This document shows, one piece after another, positions 56,972 through 64,000 of a stretch of DNA of 64,000 bases. The DNA lies in the IMG/VR virus record IMGVR_UViG_3300028833_000104, positions 1 to 64,000 of that record; one strand, given 5' to 3'. Position numbers and translations under genes: made by a program. This DNA is from a virus. Its lineage: Duplodnaviria > Caudoviricetes. How positions within the stretch are numbered: the first letter of the stretch is position 1; each line of letters starts with the position of its first letter. The notes under the pieces were generated by a model, which searched no databases, was not told the origin of the DNA, and saw only the letters and a list, made by a program, of their open reading frames with translations.

Positions 56972-56993
56972 AAAAAAAGAGCGATATTCGCTC
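56972..56993 (-). terminator. Intrinsic terminator after nrdG
   Basis: GAGCGA-atat-CGCTC hairpin plus 7-T tract on - strand. Confidence 0.7.
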
Positions 56994-57018
56994 AAATTTT
57001 AATATTTTTTAATATTTT

Positions 57019-57546
57019 TTAATTTTCATATAATGTTATTTCTTGATTTTGTAATGTTTTCTTTACATCAATTACTCTTTGATTTGCTGAACCTTTATAT
57101 TTTAAATTAGGATTTGCCTTATCAATTTCAAATTGACCATCAACTACAACATCAAGATTTTTAATTAATTCTAAATAATTTCTAACATCCTCATATTTTA
57201 AAATTAAATCATCAAATAAAGCATCTACTTCAAATCCTGTCCATAACCAAATATCTTTACCAGGACATTCTTTTCTAAATCTTTTTACAATTTCTAAAAC
57301 TGTATCTACATTATTTTCATGTAAAGGTTCCCCTCCTAAAATACTTAATCCTTGAATATGTTCACCTTTACATAAGTCTATTAACTTATCAAATATTTCA
57401 TCTGTAAATTCTTTTCCACCATTAAAGTCCCAAGTATCTTGATTAAAACATCCTTTACAATGAAATGAACATCCTTGAACAAATATACTTACTCTAATTC
57501 CTGGACCATTTGAAATATCTGTTTTTCTTATTTTTGCATATCTCAT
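57019..57546 (-). CDS. nrdG: Anaerobic ribonucleotide reductase activating enzyme (radical SAM)
   Basis: DISNGPGIRVSIFVQGCSFHCKGCFN, LGGEPL, DVVVDG, KGSANQRVID. Confidence 0.95.
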   Translation of the reverse strand: MRYAKIRKTDISNGPGIRVSIFVQGCSFHCKGCFNQDTWDFNGGKEFTDEIFDKLIDLCKGEHIQGLSILGGEPLHENNVDTVLEIVKRFRKECPGKDIWLWTGFEVDALFDDLILKYEDVRNYLELIKNLDVVVDGQFEIDKANPNLKYKGSANQRVIDVKKTLQNQEITLYEN

Positions 57547-57594
57547 AATTAGTACCTCCACCTTATAAATAATTATACAATAAACAGGAAAAAT

Positions 57595-57613
57595 AAAAAG
57601 GTCTTTTGACCTT
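57595..57613 (-). terminator. Intrinsic terminator
   Basis: AAGGTC-aaaa-GACCTT plus T-tract on - strand. Confidence 0.6.
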
Positions 57614-57635
57614 AATTATTTATTTTTAAATACTT

Positions 57636-58040
57636 TTAACAGTACATATCGGCTATTTCACCAGGATTAACATAAATGAATAAATAGTCGTTATCTATTA
57701 TTGAGTGTAAAAGTTGGCTATGCATTCTTACCATAAAGTTACCTGCAGGTTGTTTAATAGCATCCTTGATTTTGTTATACACACTTTCACGGTTATCCTC
57801 AGTTATTTTTATACTCTTATACTCAGCATTATTGGGGTCAGTATAACCAATATATAAATATACAGGAGGTTTATCCTCTGCAGACCACTCTATAAGCATA
57901 TCTCGTAATCAATTTAAATCAATACTTTCAAATTTGTCAGTTTTAACTTTATTTAAAATAGCAGGTTCAAAAAGACCTTCATTAATTTTTTTACTTTTAC
58001 CATTTAATTCTTTCAAGGCTTCTTTTATTGAATATGACAT
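57636..58040 (-). CDS. Hypothetical protein with own late-type promoter, inserted between nrdD and nrdG, 134 aa
   Basis: AGGAG RBS; extended upstream through 1 TGA; ACTAAATTAT at 58058-58067. Confidence 0.6.
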
Positions 58041-58057
58041 AATATCTCTCCTTATAA

Positions 58058-58067
58058 ATAATTTAGT
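58058..58067 (-). promoter_or_regulatory. Late-type promoter motif ACTAAATTAT
   Basis: Intergenic copy. Confidence 0.6.
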
Positions 58068-58074
58068 TGTATTA

Positions 58075-60285
58075 TTATAGGTCTTTATTATCTAAATGAA
58101 TAACTCTTTCTTTTATTTCATTCATTCTTCCTTGATTCATTGCATTTGTAGAAATATAACCACAAACTCTTCTAGCAATATTCATAAAATTCATATCTGT
58201 ATTTCCACAAACTGGACATTTCCAAATTAATTTACCTTTTCCATCTTCAACCATTTGGATTTCGCCAGTTGAACCACATTTTTGACAATAATCTGATTTA
58301 GTATTTAATTCGGCATACATAATATTATCATAAATGAATTTAATTACTTCAATTACTGCCTCAGGATTATTTTGAAGATTTGGAGTTTCAATATAACTAA
58401 TAGCTCCACCAGGACTTAATCTTTGGAATTCAGATTCTAATTTTAATTTATCAAAAGCATCAATTTCTTCAAATACTGGAACATGATATGAATTAGTTAC
58501 ATAATTTCTATCTCTACCATCTATTTTAACAAATACATCTTCACCAAATCTCTTTTTCAAGCATTTAGCTAATTTATATGTTGTTGATTCAATAGGTGTT
58601 CCATATACTGAATAATCAATATTTTCTTTTGCTTTCCATTTATTACAAGCATCATTTAAATGTTGCATTACTTGTAAACCAAATTCTTTTCCTTCACCAG
58701 TATGAGAATTACCTGTCATATATTTAACACATTCATATAATCCTGCATAACCTAATGAAATAGTGGAATAACCATTAAATAATAATTTATTAATTTTTTC
58801 ACCTTTTTGTAATCTAGCTAATGCACCATCTTGCCATAAAATAGGAGCCATATCTGAATATCTATCTAATAATCTTTCATGTCTACATCTTAAAGCAGTA
58901 TGACATAAATCTAATCTCTGGTCAAATATTTTCCAGAACTTTTTCATATCACCCTTACTTGATAAAGCAATATCAGGTAATGAGATAGTTACAACTCCTT
59001 GATTAAATCTACCATAGAATTTTGGTTTTCCTTCAACATAATTCTTGGCATTTGCGATATTACCAATATTCATTGTTCTATCAGGTGTTAAGAATGAACG
59101 ACATCCCATACAAGGATAACAACTTGAAGAACCATCAATATTATGTTTTAATTCCTTCATTACTTTTTCTGAAATATAATCCGGTACTAATCTTTTAGCT
59201 GTACATTCAGCCGCTAATCGTGTTAAATAAAAATATTTAGAATCATTATGAATATTATCTTCTTCTAAAACATATAATAATTTAGGGAATGCAGGAGTTA
59301 CATAAACACCTTTATTATTTTTCATACCTAAAATTCTTTGTTTTAAAAATTCTTCAATTAATAATGCTAATTCCTCTTTATATTCTTCTGTTTCACCTAA
59401 ATACATACAAACACTTAAGAAAGGTGCTTGTCCATTAGTAGTTGACATTGAATTAATTTGATAATTAAATGTTTGAACTGAAGATTCAACTTCTTGTTGT
59501 AAATCCTCTCTAGCATATTTTTCACAATCTTCCTTATTAAATCCACGTTTAGCATATTTATTTAAGTACTTGTTATAACTCTCTCTAACAAAAGGTGCTA
59601 AATGAGTTAAACTAATTGTACAACCACCATATTGAGAACTTGCAACAGCTGTAATAATTTGAGTTGCAATTGTAACTGCCTTACTTAACCAATGTGGTTT
59701 TTCAATCATTACTCCATTAATCATTGTTCCATTTTGTAACATATCTTCAAGATTAATTAAATCACAATTATGTAAGGCATTTTGTCCAAAATAATCCATA
59801 TCATGGAAATGAATTATACCTTCATCATGAGCCTTTACAACTTCTTTAGGGAGTAAAAAACGCTTTGATATATCAGTAGAGGTTATACCTGCAATATAAT
59901 CTCTTTGGGTTGTAACTATTCTATCATTTTTATTTGAATTTTCTGTTTTTCAATATTCATTAGTTCCATCGAGTAATTCCCTAATAGTTTGGTCTGTAGT
60001 ATTACTTTTTCTTACTAAATCTCTCTGGAATCTATATGTAATATAATTTTTTGCTAATTGATACTTATTTAAAGTTATTAATTGTTCCTCAATTATATTT
60101 TGTATATCTTCTACTCCCATTCTTGTTCTAGGCAAGGATTCAATATAGTTTAAGATAAAATTAACATCCTCTTCGGATGCTCTATCTTTCTTTGCAACAT
60201 CAGCATTAGCATTCTTCAAAACCTGTCTAATTTTATTAGAATCATAAGGTACTAATGTGCCATCTCTTTTAATAACTTTTTGCAT
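58075..60285 (-). CDS. nrdD: Class III (anaerobic) ribonucleoside-triphosphate reductase with ATP cone, 736 aa
   Basis: VIKRDG ATP cone; NEY(W=TGA)KTENSNKN joins the two ORFs; HNCDL, MGCRSF, GRFNQGVVT, TNSYH, RRVCGYI. Confidence 0.95.
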
Positions 60286-60384
60286 AAATTTCGTCTTCCT
60301 TTCACTTGAATTCTTTTTAGATCCAAATTGAGGATCAAATATTTTAGTGTGACTTTTTCTAAAGAAATTCAAGTCCAAATTTGA

Positions 60385-62064
60385 TTACATGTTTAAAATA
60401 TAATCTTTTAAAATATTTATTGTCTTGTCATCAGCCTTATCATCAATAATGAAATCTGCCAATGCTTCTTTTCTTTCAATAGCTTTTTGAACTACTTCAT
60501 CTACAGTATTATTACAGATTAATCTATAAATAAATACATTGTTTTTTGTACCAATTCTATGAATTCTATCCTCAACTTGTTTTGTAACCGCTGCCGTTCA
60601 TGGACAATCTAATAGAATCATATATGAGGCTTTATTTAATGTAATACCAGTTCCGGATTTAGAATGAGTTCCTAACCAAACCATATATTTATTATCCTCT
60701 TGAAATAATTTTTTATTTCTTTCAAATTGATCTGCGGATAAATCACCATCACCTCTTAATGGATGATAATCTTTTAACAATTTTTCTAATTGATAAATAG
60801 GTTCCTTAAATCTAGACATTATTACAACTTTTTCATTATGACCACAAATTTCTTCAACTAATTCTAAAGTTCTTTCAATTTTTGTTGACATAATTTCATT
60901 AGTTGTTAGTATTGAAGGACAAGAGGTAGCTTGTAATAATCTAATAGTTAATGCCAAAGTATTATTTGCATCCAAATTAATTTTATTTGCCTCTTCCTTA
61001 ACCCCATTTTTAATGGCATCATAAAATTCTTTATGTTGGTCATTCATATCTAATTTTTCAAGAATTACTGTTTTTGGAGGTAAATCCTCTAAAATATCCT
61101 TTGTTCTTCTTAATGAACAAGAATCAATTTCATTTTTAAGAATATCTATATTTTTATAACCAACAATTTGATGACCACCAAATCCACCATATTCACAATA
61201 TAAACCTTTAAAGTTAGTTAATGTAGACTTTTCAACATCAATTCATTTTAATGGAGTAAAAGCATTTAATGGACTGTTTGTTAATAAGGTACCAGTTAAT
61301 CCAATTTTTAATCTAGCTTCCTTTAATTTCATTAATCCTTGACTTTGCTGTGATTGTGAATTAGCACATTTATGACATTCATCAAATACTATTAAATCAA
61401 TCTTATTTTTTGATTTTTTAATAGCCTCTACCACTTCTTTATATCTTAAAGATTCAATGTTTAAAATATAAAAAAAAGCATCTAAAGGTTCTTTTAATTC
61501 CTTTGCTCTTTCTGCAATAGATGCAGAACTTATTTTACCTTTTTTGGAAATTTTTTCTCCAATAATTCTACAAGTTAAATTGGAATGCTTTTCAATTTCT
61601 TGCTTTCAGTTTCCTTTTAAGGTATTAATACCACAAATAATTAAACAATGTTCTAATCCTTTTTGTTCTTTTAATTCTTCTGCCAAATAAATCATTTGTA
61701 ACGACTTACCTAAACCTGGGTCGTCTAGGAGTAAGCCTCCATTGTCAAGATTTAATCCTCATTGAATACCTTCTATTTGGTGTTTAAATGGCTTTGTTTT
61801 ATATTTATCTATTAGTTTTGGATAAAATATTTCCTTATCCTTTTCATCTACTAATTTAAGAGTTATATCATCATAATAAGTTAATTCATCTAATAAATAA
61901 GCCAGAGATGTTACCGGAACCTCTCAGGTTTTAGATGGACCGTCATAAATATACTTATCACACGTTTTAATAACGTTTATTACCTCTATATTAAAGTTGA
62001 AGGTTAGGAATAATGAACTAATACCTGATAACTTTTTTGGAGTATTTTCAGTTATATTTATCAC
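60385..62064 (-). CDS. SNF2-family (SF2) helicase, 559 aa
   Basis: GTG start after GGAG; LDDPGLGKS, FDECH, LTGT, GITLNKA, DCP(W=TGA)...QVEDRIHRIG; 5 TGA. Confidence 0.88.
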
Positions 62065-62069
62065 AGGTA

Positions 62070-62345
62070 TTACTCTCCTTTACTTACGTACTCATCCTCA
62101 TCAAATACTTCTTTAATTTCACCAGTTCTAAATGTTACTGATGCAGATACTTTAAATTTGCAATCACAATAATCACATTGATATTGTTCCTCTACATCCA
62201 TATCGCTACCATTATAGGATAGAATATTATGGTCATATCCTTTTATAATATTATTTGGTTGACCAATAAAGTATTCTGGTAGGTAAATTTCCCCTGCCAT
62301 ATATTCAGCTCCACATTTAGGACACTTAATTACTTGTCTTTTCAT
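62070..62345 (-). CDS. Zinc-ribbon protein
   Basis: CPKCG and CDYC pairs. Confidence 0.65.
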   Translation of the reverse strand: MKRQVIKCPKCGAEYMAGEIYLPEYFIGQPNNIIKGYDHNILSYNGSDMDVEEQYQCDYCDCKFKVSASVTFRTGEIKEVFDEDEYVSKGE

Positions 62346-62359
62346 ATTTTATATCTCCT

Positions 62360-62965
62360 TTACCACAATTCTATTAATCCGGATTTCTTATCTTGTATCT
62401 TTCTTTGCTTTCTAATAAATTTATTATCCTTAATTTCTTTTCTTTTATGAATAATAATTTTATAGCCATCATTGAATAAGAAATCAATTATATTACCAAT
62501 TTTAAATTCCTCTGTAAATACATTTAATTTACTCTTTTCTAAATAAGAATTATCATCTTCATAAGGTTGTCTTATTGGATTTGGAAAACAGTCGAGATTA
62601 TGAATTCCAAAGGTAACTGTTTCCGCTTTTTTACTATAATTATCTAATAATAATAATCCTTTATATTCATAATTATTATACTTTTCAATTCCTCTTTTTA
62701 AATACTCATTTAATAACCAAATATCATTAGATTTAAGGAATTCCTCTTTTGAAGAATACCCTCCTTCATAGAAAATAAATGAAATTAAATAAGCTAATTT
62801 AGCTTCAAAACCTTCAATTAATTGAGGTTTATCGAAATCTCTAAATCTAATATGAATTTTACCATCTGCACAAACATATTTTGCATTATAATAATTAGTT
62901 TTAGTTTCGGGATTATATAGTATGCTACAAGTATATTTATCTTTTTTAACTATATATTTATCCAT
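62360..62965 (-). CDS. Hypothetical protein
   Basis: Operonic ORF with TAATG overlap. Confidence 0.6.
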   Translation of the reverse strand: MDKYIVKKDKYTCSILYNPETKTNYYNAKYVCADGKIHIRFRDFDKPQLIEGFEAKLAYLISFIFYEGGYSSKEEFLKSNDIWLLNEYLKRGIEKYNNYEYKGLLLLDNYSKKAETVTFGIHNLDCFPNPIRQPYEDDNSYLEKSKLNVFTEEFKIGNIIDFLFNDGYKIIIHKRKEIKDNKFIRKQRKIQDKKSGLIELW

Positions 62966-63717
62966 TAGAATACCTCATCTCCTACTTCTGTAGTTTTTCT
63001 TTGAGTTGTAGTATTATTAAATGAATATCTTGTAACTGTACTATTATTTACTGCAGTTATTTTATTTTGCTTTTCGTAACTATTAATTGCCCATTGACAA
63101 TCTATATATGAATTTGCTATTGCAATATCAATTATAGCTAATGCCTTAGGTAGGTCACCATTGCAGTAATCATCTAATTTATCCTTAAACATCTTAACTT
63201 GAATCTTTGACATTCCTTTTCCAGATTCAAATACAGATTCAACCCATTCTCTTAATTTAAATAGCACCTGAGGATTTCTACATTCAATACTTTCTTTTAA
63301 TTTTTGAATAGTATATTCTTTATTGGCTTGTTTTGTTCCCTTTGGTGTTTCTACTTTTACTTTTTTAGCAACATTATCTAATAGTTTAATATCTTCTGAT
63401 GCTAATACTGAACCAAAAATTTCAATATCGAAGAATATAACATTAGGATTAGTTTCATCAATTTTAATAATATTTACTTTTGCAAGATTAATATCACATT
63501 TTAATTGATCTTCAACTGTTAAAGAAGTTTGTTTTTGAATATAATCTCTATCTACATTAAAATAATTTTCATCATTAACAAACTTCTTTTTAGTTACAAC
63601 TTTCTTATATATTGTTAATAATTCTGAGCAATATACAGCAGTATTTAATCCTAATATTTTGATAGCATCTCTATTTACCATTATATAATTCGCTGGACTT
63701 AATAAATCTGCTAACAT
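62965..63717 (-). CDS. Replication initiator/replisome organiser-like protein (N-terminal winged helix)
   Basis: NRDAIKILGLNTAVYCSEL...YFNVDRDYIQKQTSLT pattern; AGGAGG RBS. Confidence 0.55.
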   Translation of the reverse strand: MLADLLSPANYIMVNRDAIKILGLNTAVYCSELLTIYKKVVTKKKFVNDENYFNVDRDYIQKQTSLTVEDQLKCDINLAKVNIIKIDETNPNVIFFDIEIFGSVLASEDIKLLDNVAKKVKVETPKGTKQANKEYTIQKLKESIECRNPQVLFKLREWVESVFESGKGMSKIQVKMFKDKLDDYCNGDLPKALAIIDIAIANSYIDCQWAINSYEKQNKITAVNNSTVTRYSFNNTTTQRKTTEVGDEVF

Positions 63718-63729
63718 ATATTATCCTCC

Positions 63730-63999
63730 TTAATTTTGAGCTTCTTCTGTAGGTCTAGCTTCTTTTTTAACCTCTGCAAAAATATACTTAACTCTTAAAC
63801 CTGAAATAACACCAGATTTACCATCACCACAACTTAAAGTTACTAAAGCTTCATCAGAATACTCTAATATATTCTTTAATTCTAATAAATCTGTTTTTAA
63901 TGTATATTCTCCAGATAATTCTGTTCCTGGTTGATAATGAATTAATTCAAAATTTGCATTATTTGTATCATAAATAGTTAAATTACCAGTAACATCAAA
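63730..63999 (-). CDS. Probable DNA sliding clamp (beta-like), C-terminal fragment
   Basis: Open frame to window edge ending ...DLLELKNILEYSDEALVTLSCGDGKSGVISG..KYIFAEV; clamp loader genes present elsewhere in window. Confidence 0.4.
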   Translation of the reverse strand, partial: FDVTGNLTIYDTNNANFELIHYQPGTELSGEYTLKTDLLELKNILEYSDEALVTLSCGDGKSGVISGLRVKYIFAEVKKEARPTEEAQN

Positions 64000-64000
64000 T

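Noticed and set aside
59800-59952. Intron or intein splitting nrdD
   Set aside because: The gap translates directly into continuous NrdD sequence (ENSNKN...QRDYIAG...IIHFHDMDY) once TGA is read as Trp
60335-60352. NrdR box upstream of nrdD
   Set aside because: ACACTAAAATATTTG only partly matches the palindromic consensus and no second box was evident
2258-63508. Antisense or alternate-frame ORFs in the track (e.g. 2258-2587, 8872-9081, 9699-9932, 13187-13423, 18720-18905, 19324-19608, 25634-25831, 26269-26529, 31424-31627, 39662-39850, 41553-41741, 44516-44755, 45114-45335, 45750-45953, 51105-51302, 54903-55085, 63323-63508)
   Set aside because: They overlap better-supported genes, lack RBS and show no recognisable motifs
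1-64000. Widespread pseudogenes or sequencing errors explaining the broken ORFs
   Set aside because: Breaks are essentially all in-frame TGA, with no frameshifts or internal TAA/TAG, in essential genes and at conserved Trp positions
1-64000. TGA as Gly (code 25) or selenocysteine; TAG recoding (code 15)
   Set aside because: TGA aligns to Trp/aromatic motif positions. TAG is used as a real stop followed by a new RBS/ATG (e.g. 12763, 23963, 31453, 46369, 47639)
1-64000. Suppressor tRNA-Trp(TCA), release factor, or DGR/invertase near fibre genes
   Set aside because: No tRNA-like cloverleaf in the few intergenic gaps and no such protein motifs were seen; they may lie outside the window
1-64000. 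Systematic placement of TGA near gene 5' ends
   Set aside because: Several genes have an early TGA (codons 3-17), but many have them internally or at the 3' end; not supportable without a positional test

Overview
This 64 kb, very AT-rich window is part of a large myovirus-type (contractile-tail) bacteriophage genome with strong AGGAG/GGAGG ribosome-binding sites. The key point is that it is not in the standard genetic code. TGA is read as tryptophan (code 4), and only TAA/TAG act as stops. The supplied code-11 ORF track is therefore fragmented. Re-reading with TGA=Trp joins the fragments into full-length genes (about 90 in-frame TGAs in about 35 genes by manual count) that tile the window almost without gaps and place TGA at family-conserved Trp positions. 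Layout: 1-19.7 kb (- strand) is a tail module (sheath, tube, chaperones, tape measure, baseplate, fibres). 19.8-45 kb (mostly +) holds recombination/replication and accessory genes (RecB/Cas4-like nuclease, SbcD/SbcC, RecU-like, RecA, SPFH, clamp-loader gamma/delta'/delta). 45-50.6 kb (-) is a cassette of two glycan-building enzymes and two Kelch proteins behind the structural-gene promoter motif. 50.6-57.6 kb (-) is a completely TGA-free block (VWA, divergent PurA, RNA ligase, NrdG). 58-64 kb (-) carries NrdD, an SNF2 helicase, a replication initiator-like gene and a probable sliding clamp. Two recurring promoter-like motifs were seen: ACTAAATTA before structural genes and (T/A)TGTATA(A/T) before non-structural genes. 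I recognised no tRNA, rRNA, CRISPR array, release factor, capsid or terminase genes. All product calls come from motif recognition by eye; no searches were run.
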